Counted from the stretch's first letter, positions 9,420 through 19,403 are shown. The stretch: 64,000 bases of DNA from Candidatus Alloruminococcus vanvlietii (GCA_904420505.1 CAJFVS010000025.1:21004-85003), one strand, 5' to 3'. Translations and numbers: made by a program. Notes: generated by a model from the letters alone, not told the origin.

Positions 9420-10334
9420 ATGCCGCTTATCATCCCCAAAAACCTGCCCGCCTACAAAGCGCTTCAGCAGGAAAACGTGTTTGTCATGCACAAGGCCCGC
9501 GCCCAGCGCCAGGACATCCGCCCGCTGCGCATTTTGATTGTGAATTTGATGCCAACCAAAATCGCCACCGAAACCCAGCTTGCGCGGGTGCTGGCAAACT
9601 CGCCTTTGCAGGTGCAGCTGGAATTTCTGCATATGGGCACCCATGTGTCCAAAAACACTTCCACCGACCATTTGGCGGCGTTTTACAAAACCTATGAAGA
9701 AATCCGCGACAAGCGCTTTGACGGTATGATTATCACCGGGGCGCCGGTGGAAAACCTGCCCTTTGAAGAGGTGGATTATTGGCCGGAGCTTTGCACGATC
9801 ATGGAATACTCCAAAACCAATGTTTACAGCACGTTGCACATCTGTTGGGGCAGCCAGGCGGCGCTGTATTACCATTACGGCATCCCCAAATACCCCACGG
9901 AGCATAAAGTGTTCGGGGTATTCCCCCACAGGGTGCTGGAACCTACCTTCCCCCTTGTGCGCGGGTTTGACGAAGTGTTTTACGCGCCCCATTCGCGCCA
10001 CACGCAGGTGCGCCGGGAGGACATCGACCGCGTGCCCAACCTGCATGTGCTGGCCCAGTCCGACGAAGCAGGCCCCCACATCATCGCCACAAACGATGCG
10101 CGGCAAATCTTTTTGTGCGGCCACCAGGAATACGACAAGGAAACCTTGCAAAACGAATACGAGCGCGATATTTCCCGCGGGCTGGATATCGATGTGCCCA
10201 AGCACTATTTTGTGGACGACGACCCGCAAAAGGGCATTCTTTTCCGCTGGAGAAGCCATGCAAACCTGTTGTTTTCCAATTGGCTGAATTATTATGTCTA
10301 CCAGCTCACCCCATACGATTTAAACAAACTGTAA
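9420..10334 (+). CDS. metA: homoserine O-acyltransferase (MetA family)
   Basis: 304 aa. The N-terminus [23 protein letters not shown] and overall collinearity are typical of MetA homoserine O-succinyl/acetyltransferases. Confidence 0.9.
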   Translation: MPLIIPKNLPAYKALQQENVFVMHKARAQRQDIRPLRILIVNLMPTKIATETQLARVLANSPLQVQLEFLHMGTHVSKNTSTDHLAAFYKTYEEIRDKRFDGMIITGAPVENLPFEEVDYWPELCTIMEYSKTNVYSTLHICWGSQAALYYHYGIPKYPTEHKVFGVFPHRVLEPTFPLVRGFDEVFYAPHSRHTQVRREDIDRVPNLHVLAQSDEAGPHIIATNDARQIFLCGHQEYDKETLQNEYERDISRGLDIDVPKHYFVDDDPQKGILFRWRSHANLLFSNWLNYYVYQLTPYDLNKL

Positions 10335-10343
10335 CCATACAAA

Positions 10344-10369
10344 AAGCCGGTTTTTGCACCGGCTTTTTT
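10344..10369 (+). terminator. intrinsic terminator after metA
   Basis: AAGCCGGT-ttttgc-ACCGGCTT followed by a T-run. Confidence 0.8.
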
Positions 10370-10480
10370 GTTTTATGATGTTTAGGTAAAGAAAATAAAC
10401 TTTTGCTTTTTAAACAGCGAAGGGGATCCTTCGTAAAAGCGAAAGCCCATATGCCCAAAATCCACAGCATAAACGCCGGT

Positions 10481-10861
10481 TTACACCTCCACTGTAAAAC
10501 CCGCGTTTTCCAGCGCCACCACTGCGCGGATAATATCCCCCTGGGGGATGAGCACATGGTCGGTTAAATAAGAAGATACCGCCAGAAGCGGGATGTTTTC
10601 CTCCTCCAGCGCATGCGCCATGCGGTTTAACAGCCCGGTAAAGGGTTCGCCTTCCACCTGGCACACCGAAACGCGCACAAACCCGTCCTGCACCTGCACC
10701 CCACGGGGAACCGCATCCTGTTCGCATACGACCGAAAGCTCCCTACCGGTTTTTACCACGCAGATAAAATCGCCTTTAATCCAATTGGGAAGAGGTGCGC
10801 CCGCGCGCAGCGAACAGATGCTTAAAGGGGTATCGAACACTTTTAGCACAGCCTTTGCCAT
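10481..10861 (-). CDS. ACT-domain protein (ACT_7-like small regulatory protein)
   Basis: ORF 10481..10867. ATG 10861 lies 6 nt after AGGAGGA. About 126 aa, resembling stand-alone ACT-domain proteins. Confidence 0.6.
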   Translation of the reverse strand: MAKAVLKVFDTPLSICSLRAGAPLPNWIKGDFICVVKTGRELSVVCEQDAVPRGVQVQDGFVRVSVCQVEGEPFTGLLNRMAHALEEENIPLLAVSSYLTDHVLIPQGDIIRAVVALENAGFTVEV

Positions 10862-10952
10862 AGCCACTCCTCCTTGCGATGGTTATAGTTTTAGCATAGC
10901 ATACTTTTGTAAACAATCCTATCCATGGGCATAAGTTTGGCAAAACCCCACA

Positions 10953-10987
10953 GAAAAAAGCGGATGAATCTGTGCGATTCATCCGCT
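10953..10987 (-). terminator. intrinsic terminator after the dehydratase gene
   Basis: Minus-strand stem AGCGGATGAATC / GATTCATCCGCT followed by TTTTTT, 34 nt past the stop. Confidence 0.8.
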
Positions 10988-11021
10988 TTCAAAAGGCTTT
11001 TGGATGGCTTTTCAACCAAAA

Positions 11022-12737
11022 TTAGTCCATATAGCCGCCCTTCATGGGCGAAACCGCATGCTCGGAAAACAGTTTGAGCACGCCGCTTTTGTATTTTTTC
11101 TCTTTGGGGCGCCAGGCTTTTTTGCGCTCGGCCAGCACTTTTTCCACTTCTTCAGGCGGCATTTGCACCCCGTTGATGCCCACAATGGCCAAAATGCGCT
11201 GTTCAATGTCGATTTGGATCAGGTCGTTTTCTTCCACCAACGCAATGGGGCCGCCCTCAGCGGCTTCGGGGGAAACATGGCCGATAACCGGGCCGCGCGA
11301 AGCGCCGGAGAAACGCCCGTCGGTGATTAAGGCGATGGAGCGGCCCAATTCTTCATCCGACGCAATGGCTTCCGAGGTGTAGAACATTTCGGGCATGCCC
11401 GAGCCTTTTGGCCCTTCGTAGCGGATAAACACCGCGTCGCCCGGGCGGATGACGTGTTTTAAAATGGCGTCGATGGCTTCTTCCTCGCTGTCATACGGGC
11501 GGGCACGCAAAATGGCCTTGCTCATCTCTTTGGGGGCGGCCGAATGCTTAATCACCGCGCCGCCGGGGGCCAAATTGCCGCGCAGAATGGAGATGGTGCC
11601 GTTTTTGCCGATGGGGTTTTCAAAGGTGCGGATGACGTCCTCTCGCTTGAGCCCCACCTTGTGCATGTATTCGTCGCATTTTTCATAGAACCCGGTTTTC
11701 TTCAAATCCTCCAGGTTTTCGCCCAATGTTTTGCCGGTTACGGTCATCACATCCAAATGCAGCTTGTCTTTGATTTCCTCCATAATGGTGGGCACACCGC
11801 CAGCATAATAAAAATACTGTGCAGGCCAGCGCCCCGCCGGGCGGATATCCAACAGATAATGCGCATTCCTGTGCATTTTATCAAACGTATCGCCGTCAAT
11901 TTCCAGGCCAAATTCTTTGGCGGCCGCCGGCAGGTGCAAAAGCGAGTTGGTAGACCCCGAAATGGCCGCATGCACCATAATGGCGTTTTCAAACGATTTG
12001 TAGGTGACCATATCGCGCGGTTTTAGCCCCATGTATGCCAGCTTTACCGCCTGTTCGCCCGCTTTTTTGGCAATTTCCTGCAAATCTTCACAGGTGGCGG
12101 GCATAAGCGCGCTGCCGGGCAGCATAAGCCCTAAGGCCTCGGCCATAATCTGCATGGTAGAGGCCGTACCCATAAACGAGCACGCCCCGCAGGACGGGCA
12201 GGCGTGGTGTTTGTAATATGTCAGCTTTTCCAGCGAGATTTCCCCACGCTCATACATGGCGTTGTACATGCCAATCTGCTCTAAGGTAAGCAAATCCGGG
12301 CCCGCGTCCATCACGCCGCCGGTTACAATAATGGAAGGGATGTTCACCCTGCCAATGCCCATCAAATGGGCGGGAACGGCTTTGTCGCAGCTGGCGATGA
12401 ACACGCCTGCGTCAAACGGGGTAGCGTTTACATGGATTTCAATCATGTTGCAAATCATATCGCGCGAGGCCAGCGAATAGTTGATGCCGTCGTGCCCCTG
12501 GCTCATCCCGTCGCAGATGTCGGTGGCAAAATAGCGCGCGGCCTTGCCCCCGTGCGTGTTAATGCCTTTTACCGCCTGCTCCACCAGCCCCAGCAAATGC
12601 GCGCTGCCCGGGTGGCTGTCGCCAAAGGTGCTTTCTACGATAATTTGGGGTTTTTCCAAATCCTCTACCGTCCACCCCATGCCCATGCGCAAAGGGTCGA
12701 TTTCCGGTGCTACTTTCCGTACTTCCTGGCTAATCAT
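11022..12737 (-). CDS. IlvD/Edd-family dehydratase (dihydroxy-acid dehydratase or a related sugar-acid dehydratase)
   Basis: 571 aa. The family signature region is ...CDGMSQGHDGINYSLASRD... with cluster Cys SCDKAVPAH. I cannot separate a true IlvD from the aldonate-dehydratase subfamily by eye, so no symbol is given. Confidence 0.8.
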   Translation of the reverse strand: MISQEVRKVAPEIDPLRMGMGWTVEDLEKPQIIVESTFGDSHPGSAHLLGLVEQAVKGINTHGGKAARYFATDICDGMSQGHDGINYSLASRDMICNMIEIHVNATPFDAGVFIASCDKAVPAHLMGIGRVNIPSIIVTGGVMDAGPDLLTLEQIGMYNAMYERGEISLEKLTYYKHHACPSCGACSFMGTASTMQIMAEALGLMLPGSALMPATCEDLQEIAKKAGEQAVKLAYMGLKPRDMVTYKSFENAIMVHAAISGSTNSLLHLPAAAKEFGLEIDGDTFDKMHRNAHYLLDIRPAGRWPAQYFYYAGGVPTIMEEIKDKLHLDVMTVTGKTLGENLEDLKKTGFYEKCDEYMHKVGLKREDVIRTFENPIGKNGTISILRGNLAPGGAVIKHSAAPKEMSKAILRARPYDSEEEAIDAILKHVIRPGDAVFIRYEGPKGSGMPEMFYTSEAIASDEELGRSIALITDGRFSGASRGPVIGHVSPEAAEGGPIALVEENDLIQIDIEQRILAIVGINGVQMPPEEVEKVLAERKKAWRPKEKKYKSGVLKLFSEHAVSPMKGGYMD

Positions 12738-12774
12738 TCTTGCTCCTCCTTTAAGGGTTCTCTGTCTATTTGCT

Positions 12775-12803
12775 ATTGTAGCAAACCGCTTTCTTTTTTA
12801 CAA
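12775..12803 (-). promoter_or_regulatory. sigma-70-type promoter for the dehydratase gene
   Basis: On the minus strand: TTGTAA, 17 nt, TACAAT with an upstream TG (extended -10). It lies about 40 nt before the SD. Confidence 0.5.
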
Positions 12804-13007
12804 CGAATTGGCATGTATTTATTGTGTACAAGCGGTTGTATTTGCGTTCTTTTGCCATTTTATAAAAACGGCGCAAATCTTAGGGGTTGGCAGCGTTTTC
12901 GCAGGTATTGGGAATTCTTTTGCGGCGGGAAAAGCCGGCCTTTTTTCAAAGGAATTCCCCATTGCCACAGGGTTTTGTGCGCAACGGCAGGCCGCGCATT
13001 TGGGGGC

Positions 13008-13044
13008 AAAAAAACTCCCCGGATGGTACAACCCACCCGGGGAG
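13008..13044 (-). terminator. intrinsic terminator downstream of thrS
   Basis: Minus-strand stem CTCCCCGG / CCGGGGAG followed by TTTTTTT. It lies 170 nt beyond the thrS stop. Confidence 0.7.
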
Positions 13045-13214
13045 CTGCCTATGCGGCATTTATGAAAATATTGCGCTTAATAGGCCGGCAAACAGCCAAC
13101 GGTTTTTCCAATGCGCCCTGCCATATGCAAAGCACGCCGCCGGTATTGCCTGCGCACCCTAGCCGTCAAGCGTACCTGGGTTGCTACTTTGTCCAACAGG
13201 CGCTGCATGCGTGT

Positions 13215-15125
13215 TTATTCGCCTTTGCCTTTGGTGGCGATATCCTTTTGGATGGCCGCAATCACATCCGCAATGCCCATGGAAGCGTTCTCACCGGTAT
13301 CGCGCGAGCGCACCGAAACGGTGCGGTTTTCTTCTTCCTGCGCGCCCACAACCAGCATATAAGGCACTTTTTCCAGCTGGGCTTCGCGGATTTTATACCC
13401 GATTTTCTCCGCCCTTTCATCCAGTTCGCAGCGGATGCCCGCATCCTTCAGCGCCTGGGTCAGCTCCTTGGCGTAAGCGATGTTTTTATCCGAAATGGGC
13501 AGCACTTTTGCCTGCACCGGCGCCAGCCAGGTGGGGAAACGCCCGGCGAAGTGCTCAATCAAAATGCCGATAAAGCGTTCAATCGAGCCAAACACCACGC
13601 GGTGGATCATAATCGGGCGGTGTTTTTCGTTGTCGGCGCCCACATAGCTAATGTCAAACCGCTGGGGCAGCTGGAAGTCCAGCTGAATGGTACCGCACTG
13701 CCAGGTTCTTCCCAAAGAATCTTCCAGATGGAAGTCAATCTTCGGGCCGTAAAACGCGCCATCGCCTTCGTTTACCACATAGGGCAGGTTCATCTCTTCC
13801 AACGCCTTGCGCAGGCCGTTGGTGGCCAGCTCCCAATCCTCGTCCGAGCCCATGCTGTCCTCCGGGCGGGTGGAAAGCTCCACATGGTATTTAAACCCAA
13901 ACAAAGAGTACACTTCGTCAATCAAACGCACAACGCCTTTGATTTCATCGGTGATTTGTTCCGGCGTCATAAAGATGTGCGCATCGTCCTGGGTAAAGCA
14001 TCTTACGCGCATAAGGCCATGCAAAGCGCCGGATTTTTCATGCCTGTGCACAACCCCCAGCTCGCCCATGCGCACCGGCAAATCGCGGTAGGAATGCGGT
14101 GTGGATTTGTACACCAGCACGCCGCCCGGGCAGTTCATGGGTTTTACACAGAAGGTGGTGTCATCGATGATGGTGGTGTACATGTTGTCCTTGTAATGGT
14201 CCCAGTGGCCGGAAGTTTCCCAAAGCTGGCGGTTGAGCATCATGGGGGTGGAAATTTCCACATAGTTTTCGCGGGTGTGGATTTGGCGCCAGTAGTCGAT
14301 AAGGGTGTTTTTCAGCACCATGCCCTTGGGCAAAAAGAACGGGAAGCCCGGGCCTTCCTCGGTCATCATAAACAGTCCCAATTCGCGCCCCAGTTTGCGG
14401 TGGTCGCGTTTTTTGGCTTCTTCAATGCGGGCCAGATACTCCTCCAAATCCGCATTTTTGGTAAAGGCGGTGCCGTAAATGCGGGTGAGCATCTTGTTTT
14501 TCTCATCCCCGTGCCAGTAAGCGCCCGCAACCGAGGTAAGCTTGATGGCTTTTAAGGGCTTGGTGCTCATCAAGTGGGGGCCGGCGCAAAGGTCTACAAA
14601 ATCGCCCTGTTCGTAAAACGAGATTTCTTCCCCCTCCGGCAGCGCTTCGATGAGCTCTACCTTGTAGGGCTCTTCGCGTTTTTGCATCAATGCAATGGCT
14701 TCGTCCCTGGGCAGTGTAAAACGGGAAATGGCAAGGTCCTCCTTGACGATTTTTTTCATTTCCGCTTCCAGCTTTTCCAGCTCTTCGGCGGTAAAGGGGG
14801 TATCGCGGTCAAAATCGTAGTAAAAGCCGTCGGCAATGGCGGGGCCAATGGCCAGTTTTACCTCCGGGTACAGGCGTTTTACCGCCTGGGCCAGCACGTG
14901 CGAGGCGCTGTGGCGGAAAGCATGGCGGCCTTCTTCATCCTCAAAGGTGCAGATTTCCAGGCTGCAGTCCTTGTCCACCATATGGCGCAAATCCACCATT
15001 TCGCCGTTTACTTTGCCCGCGCAGGCCACCCTTTGCAGCCCGGCGCTGATTTTCCCTGCGATTTCATACACCGACATCGGCGCGTCAATCTGCATGATTT
15101 CGCCGTTTTTAAGCGTGATATTCAT
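13215..15125 (-). CDS. thrS: threonine--tRNA ligase
   Basis: ORF 13215..15194. ATG 15125 (MNITLKNGEIMQ...) follows AGGAGAGA. It has a TGS-like N-terminus, a class II core and a C-terminal anticodon-binding domain, and is collinear with bacterial ThrRS. Confidence 0.95.
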   Translation of the reverse strand: MNITLKNGEIMQIDAPMSVYEIAGKISAGLQRVACAGKVNGEMVDLRHMVDKDCSLEICTFEDEEGRHAFRHSASHVLAQAVKRLYPEVKLAIGPAIADGFYYDFDRDTPFTAEELEKLEAEMKKIVKEDLAISRFTLPRDEAIALMQKREEPYKVELIEALPEGEEISFYEQGDFVDLCAGPHLMSTKPLKAIKLTSVAGAYWHGDEKNKMLTRIYGTAFTKNADLEEYLARIEEAKKRDHRKLGRELGLFMMTEEGPGFPFFLPKGMVLKNTLIDYWRQIHTRENYVEISTPMMLNRQLWETSGHWDHYKDNMYTTIIDDTTFCVKPMNCPGGVLVYKSTPHSYRDLPVRMGELGVVHRHEKSGALHGLMRVRCFTQDDAHIFMTPEQITDEIKGVVRLIDEVYSLFGFKYHVELSTRPEDSMGSDEDWELATNGLRKALEEMNLPYVVNEGDGAFYGPKIDFHLEDSLGRTWQCGTIQLDFQLPQRFDISYVGADNEKHRPIMIHRVVFGSIERFIGILIEHFAGRFPTWLAPVQAKVLPISDKNIAYAKELTQALKDAGIRCELDERAEKIGYKIREAQLEKVPYMLVVGAQEEENRTVSVRSRDTGENASMGIADVIAAIQKDIATKGKGE

Positions 15126-15139
15126 AGCATTCTCTCCTA

Positions 15140-15400
15140 ACTTCAAATTTCCATACGAAAAAACACCCCTGCGCCAAGCCAATGCTTGACACAAGGGTGT
15201 ATTGCATACACGGTTCCACCTTGTTTTTTGCTTTAGGCCCTGTAAGGCCCGTTGCCCTTAACGCGGGATTTCGGCGCGGCTCGTCGCCGGCAGCTCGGGA
15301 GTGGTTTTCGCCGCTTGGCCTACAGGAAAACTTGCAGCTTGTGTTTTCCCTCTCTGGGTAAGTACAATGCGGGTACTCGTTCCGTCAAAGCTTTTGCTTT
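15140..15400 (-). promoter_or_regulatory. T-box leader (Thr specifier) controlling thrS
   Basis: On the minus strand there is a conserved T-box core AAGGTGGAACCGTG (15209..15223). A terminator follows, ACACCCTTGTG...CAGGGGTGT plus TTTTTT (15157..15200). The upstream stem has AGAGAG and a candidate specifier loop GAAA-ACC-AC, with ACC (Thr) at 15303..15305. Confidence 0.85.
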
Positions 15401-15468
15401 TTTCTTATTGTGCACCCAAACGTGCAAAAAGTCAACCCCGGCGGGGCATTTTCTTTTGGTTTAACCGC

Positions 15469-15852
15469 CTAGCCTTCTTCCTGCACAAATACCATCCATT
15501 TGCCGTCAATCCATACCTCGATGGTATTTTCATCCGGCCCGTACTGGTAGCCGTAGCCTGTGCCAAAATTGGAGGCATTGTCCTGCTGTGGCACTTGGTA
15601 AGGTTCCACACAGGATAAAATCTCGCCATCCATCACCCCGCAGCGCGCTGTGATTTCGCTTTCGCGCCCGGTGTCCAAATACAGCTTGCCGTCTATTCGC
15701 ACCATGGGGCGCAAATCATCCAGCGGGGCGGATTCTTCCGCTGTATTTGTTTTGGAAGGCAGCGTTTGGTTTTGGGGCGCCTTTGGCGCGCTGCAGCAGG
15801 CCAGAACAACCGCCAGCAAAACGGCTGTGATAACCACCGCACATTTTTTCAT
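15469..15852 (-). CDS. small lipoprotein, unknown function
   Basis: ORF 15469..15867. ATG 15852 follows GGGAGGAAG. The signal MKKCAVVITAVLLAVVLACCSAP carries a lipobox. Confidence 0.65.
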   Translation of the reverse strand: MKKCAVVITAVLLAVVLACCSAPKAPQNQTLPSKTNTAEESAPLDDLRPMVRIDGKLYLDTGRESEITARCGVMDGEILSCVEPYQVPQQDNASNFGTGYGYQYGPDENTIEVWIDGKWMVFVQEEG

Positions 15853-15868
15853 GCTACTTCCTCCCAAC

Positions 15869-16300
15869 CTATTCTACGGTAAAATACACCCCGGCGTTTA
15901 TTTGCCCCTGCGGCAGGTAAAACGATTTGACCAGCCGGTATTCGCCCTTGGGCAGGGGCTGCTCCCACGAATAGGTGTAAGCGGTTTCCTCCCCGGCGGG
16001 CAGCAAAATGCCGATGGCGTCTATGCTGCGTTGGTCCTGCATGGTGTACCATACGCCGTCCTGCTTGCGTTCCAGCGCGCAGACTTTGTCAAAGCTTGCT
16101 TCCTCCGCGCTGTTGTTTTGGATCACAAGCTCTACGGTTTTGTTTTCCAAATCCAGCGTTTGCACCCGCATTTGCACGGCCCCGTCCTCCTGCACCTTCA
16201 AAAAGGCGCTCTCCTGCTCGAAGGCGGCGTACTGGGTGCAGCTTGCAAACAGCACAAGGCACAATGCCAGGCAGGTAAAAACCCATGCTGCGCGTTTCAT
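15869..16300 (-). CDS. small lipoprotein / secreted beta-rich protein, unknown function
   Basis: 143 aa with signal MKRAAWVFTCLALCLVLFASCTQ. Its ATG overlaps the stop of the upstream gene (ATGA at 16297..16300). Confidence 0.65.
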   Translation of the reverse strand: MKRAAWVFTCLALCLVLFASCTQYAAFEQESAFLKVQEDGAVQMRVQTLDLENKTVELVIQNNSAEEASFDKVCALERKQDGVWYTMQDQRSIDAIGILLPAGEETAYTYSWEQPLPKGEYRLVKSFYLPQGQINAGVYFTVE

Positions 16301-17247
16301 GGGGTACCCCCTTTGTCAGAGCCGGAAGCCGCAGGCGGCAAAGGCGTCTGGGGGGCTTGTTTTTTGCGTTTGCGGCGCCGTTTGATGAGCAGGATGATGA
16401 CAACCACCGCCGCGATGATCACAAGATACGGCAGCGCCCATACAAGGCCCAGGAACACATTTTGCATGGCAGTGCCAAACTGCGAAAGCGAATCTTTTAC
16501 CGTGCTTACCAGCTTATCCCAAAAGCCCTGCTGTTGTACTTCCTGGTATTGGCGCACTTCCCGGACCGAAATGTTTATAGTGGAAAGGTCGACTTTGTCG
16601 TCGATGGAATTGAGCGTGCCTGTGATGGAATCCATCTCATACTGCACATCGGCCAGTTTGTCTTCAATCTGCAAAACCTGTTCCAAATCTTCGGCCTGGC
16701 TCAGCAGCTCGTTTAAGCGGTCATACTGGGTGCGCAGGGTGTTTAAGCGCAGCTCGTAATCGGTGTACTGGGCGGTTACGTCATCGGCGGTCTGTTCGGT
16801 ATACAGCACGTTGCCAATGCCCGAAAGCGCCTGCAAAAATTCGTTTAACTTGCCGCTGGGGATGCGCACGCAGAAATTGGCGCTGCGGCTGTTATAGCGG
16901 CCGGCGTTGATGCTGCTGCCCGATTGGCTGGAAGTTTGCACAAACCCGCCGAAAGATTCGATTTCCTGCTGCAGGTTTTCCAGCATGGCATCAAATTCCA
17001 GCGTTTCCATTTCCACTGTAACGGTTTTGATGATTTTTTCGCCGTTTTCAGCGGTATTCTCGGCCGGAATCATCACCCCGTTGCTCATGTCTTGCGCGGC
17101 GCTATTTACGGTTTCATGGCTGGTTTGTCCGGTGGAATAAGACGCCGAGTACGACGCCGTGTTGTCTTGCGCGGCCGAACAGCCGGCGAACGCCAATGCC
17201 AAAACCAGGGCTAAAACCAGCGCCAAAGCCTTTTTGGATGTTCTCAT
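16297..17247 (-). CDS. DUF4349-like lipoprotein (coiled-coil ectodomain plus C-terminal TM anchor)
   Basis: ORF 16297..17286, ATG 17247. It has a lipobox (LALAFAGCSAAQ), a long heptad-like segment (...RLNTLRTQYDRLNELLSQAEDLEQVLQIEDKLADVQYEMD...), then a TM helix and a KRRRKRKK tail. This architecture matches DUF4349 proteins. Confidence 0.7.
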   Translation of the reverse strand: MRTSKKALALVLALVLALAFAGCSAAQDNTASYSASYSTGQTSHETVNSAAQDMSNGVMIPAENTAENGEKIIKTVTVEMETLEFDAMLENLQQEIESFGGFVQTSSQSGSSINAGRYNSRSANFCVRIPSGKLNEFLQALSGIGNVLYTEQTADDVTAQYTDYELRLNTLRTQYDRLNELLSQAEDLEQVLQIEDKLADVQYEMDSITGTLNSIDDKVDLSTINISVREVRQYQEVQQQGFWDKLVSTVKDSLSQFGTAMQNVFLGLVWALPYLVIIAAVVVIILLIKRRRKRKKQAPQTPLPPAASGSDKGGTP

Positions 17248-17352
17248 AGTTCTCCCCCTTTCAAAACTTTTGCACAGATGTTCCAATAACCTGGAAACGT
17301 GGGGCGTTACAAAAATATTGGAAAATGTGAAAAAACTTTGTTTGGCGCCTGA

Positions 17353-17964
17353 CTATTCCAACTCGTCGAGTGTCAAACTATAACTGGGTAAAAATTCTTC
17401 CAAAAACACGCTTACGGCGGGCAGGTCAAACGCTTTTACCGCTTTTAGCAGGCTTTGGCGGGCGCTTGCAAATTCCCGGTTGCCCAGTTTTTCCTCTTCT
17501 AAGCATTTGATAAGCGCCGAAAGTTTATCCGCCGCTTTTACATAGGGGCGCAGCGCTTGGTCTTCTTGGCCAATTTGCAAAATGCCCGCGTATACGTTTT
17601 GCAAATCCTGTGGCAGCTGGTTTAAAAGCTTTTGGTTGGAAACCTGTTCAACCAGCTTATATGCATGGGAGATTTCGGGGTTAAAATATTTTACCGGGGT
17701 GGGCATATCGCCTGTGTAAATTTCCGAAACATCGTGGTAAACCCCCAGCAAACAGGCCCGTTCGCTGTTTAAATGTTCGCCAAAACGCTGGTTGGCAATT
17801 TCGCACAAAGCATGGGCCAGTATGGCCACTTCCAACGAATGCTCCATAATGTTTTCCTGGCGGGTGTTGCGCATCAACCCCCAGCGGTTGATGTATTTCA
17901 TACGGGAAATCGTTGCAAAAAAATGGCTGTTCAAAATGTTGTCCCCCTTCCGTGTTGCAAGCAA
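17353..17964 (-). CDS. HD-domain 5'-deoxynucleotidase (YfbR-like)
   Basis: SHFFATISRMKYINRWGLMRNTRQENIMEHSLEVAILAHAL closely parallels the E. coli YfbR N-terminus. The real start may be TTG 17934, which is preceded by GGGGGA. Confidence 0.85.
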   Translation of the reverse strand: MLATRKGDNILNSHFFATISRMKYINRWGLMRNTRQENIMEHSLEVAILAHALCEIANQRFGEHLNSERACLLGVYHDVSEIYTGDMPTPVKYFNPEISHAYKLVEQVSNQKLLNQLPQDLQNVYAGILQIGQEDQALRPYVKAADKLSALIKCLEEEKLGNREFASARQSLLKAVKAFDLPAVSVFLEEFLPSYSLTLDELE

Positions 17965-18128
17965 TGCCTGCAGATGATTGTATTATAAGCGACATGGATG
18001 AAAAAATCAAAAATAGTGTACCGCCCGCGGGGTTTTATGGTATAATTCTTTTTATAGCATGTCCCTATAGGCAAAACCTGCCTGGCGCTTGCAAAATCGG
18101 GCGGGCATAAACAACAGGAGGAAATGCT

Positions 18129-19391
18129 GTGTTTTCATTGCGGTTATCCCAAAAAAGAATATGGTCCATTCTTTTTTGTGTTTTGATATTCGGGTTTGTT
18201 TTGCGCATCCTGTGCGGGTATTCTTATCTGCATTATTTTGATTTGTCGTATTATGTGGAATGGTCCAGCGGGCTCCAGCAGGATTTTTTTGGTGCTTACA
18301 CCAATATTTCCAGCTTAGATTACCCGCCCATTTTATTGTTCCCTTTGTATTTTATCGGCAAGCTTATGCAGCACCCCGATGTGGCGCAAAGCCAGGCATA
18401 TACCATTTTGTGCTTAAAGCTCACCCAGATTGTGTTTGACATGCTGGTGGCCATTCTTTTGTATATCGTCGTTCGTAAAAAATCGCAGGTGGCGGCGCTT
18501 ATGGCAAGCGTGGTGTGGTGTTTAAACCCGGCCGCCTTTTACAACTGCGCTTTTTGGGGACAAACCGATTCGATGATGATTTTCTTTTTGCTGCTTACCT
18601 TTGCTTTGCTGGAAAACGGGCATTTTATCGGCGGCAGCATTGTATACGCCATCGCGGTGCTGGCAAAGTTCCAGTGTTTGTATTTTGCGCCAGTATATTT
18701 TTTATATGTGGTGTACCGCGTGGGATGGAAAAAATGCATCGTGCCCTTTTTTAGCTGTATTGCCACCTTTTTTGCGGTGTTTTTCCCCTTTATGTTAAAA
18801 AGCGGCTGGTTTTTGCCGTTTAAGCTGTATTTGGGCGGGCTTGATAAATACGGCTATGCCACCTACAACGCCTGCAACATCTACGGGCTTTTGCGCTTAA
18901 ACACCTTTGCCGATTCCACCCCTTACATCGGCAATTTTACGCTGTACAATTTAAGCATGCTGCTGCTTGTGCTTATCGGCATTGGGTTAATTGTGGTGTT
19001 TATCACCGCCACCAACAAATGCGTGTGGCTGTGTTCGTTTATCACCATGTACAGCATTTTTATGTTTACCACCCGCATGCACGAGCGGTACCAGATTCCC
19101 GTTTTGCTGTTTTTATTGATGGCCAGCATCAAATACAAAAGCCATGGGATGCTCAATCTGTTCACCCTGCATTCGTTGATGATATTTTTCAACCAGTTTA
19201 TTGTTTTGTGTTCCTACACATTTAATTGGGACGCCAAGTGGATCCACTACTACGACCAGATTTTTGTGTTTTTATCGGGTATGAATTTGGTTTTATACGT
19301 CGTTTCGATGTATATGGCTTTCCGCCTTTTGTATGCCAAAGAACCCACGGTTCATACCGCTACCTATTTAAAACCTCAGCTGCAGCTGTAA
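18129..19391 (+). CDS. GT-C-fold-like polytopic membrane glycosyltransferase (PMT_2/DUF2029-like)
   Basis: 420 aa with a GTG start 9 nt after AGGAGGA and about 11 hydrophobic helices. The first extracytoplasmic loop (...SSLDYPPILLFPLYF...) is typical of ArnT/PMT-like GT-C enzymes. Confidence 0.65.
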   Translation: MFSLRLSQKRIWSILFCVLIFGFVLRILCGYSYLHYFDLSYYVEWSSGLQQDFFGAYTNISSLDYPPILLFPLYFIGKLMQHPDVAQSQAYTILCLKLTQIVFDMLVAILLYIVVRKKSQVAALMASVVWCLNPAAFYNCAFWGQTDSMMIFFLLLTFALLENGHFIGGSIVYAIAVLAKFQCLYFAPVYFLYVVYRVGWKKCIVPFFSCIATFFAVFFPFMLKSGWFLPFKLYLGGLDKYGYATYNACNIYGLLRLNTFADSTPYIGNFTLYNLSMLLLVLIGIGLIVVFITATNKCVWLCSFITMYSIFMFTTRMHERYQIPVLLFLLMASIKYKSHGMLNLFTLHSLMIFFNQFIVLCSYTFNWDAKWIHYYDQIFVFLSGMNLVLYVVSMYMAFRLLYAKEPTVHTATYLKPQLQL

Positions 19392-19403
19392 ACCTTACCG
19401 GAG

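Noticed and set aside
11022-12737. Claiming that the IlvD/Edd protein is a sugar-acid dehydratase rather than true IlvD
   Set aside because: The CDGMSQGHDG motif differs from the E. coli IlvD DDGIAMGH motif I remember. However, I cannot reliably recall the motif spread among Gram-positive DHADs, so the subfamily is left open instead of being reported as a finding.
12366-14555. 729-aa ORF on the plus strand, the longest non-annotated ORF in the track
   Set aside because: It is antisense to thrS and the dehydratase gene, both of which have unmistakable conserved motifs. Its translation is Arg/Gly/Ala/His-rich and low in complexity, and no SD precedes it. Long antisense ORFs of this kind are typical opposite GC-biased genes.
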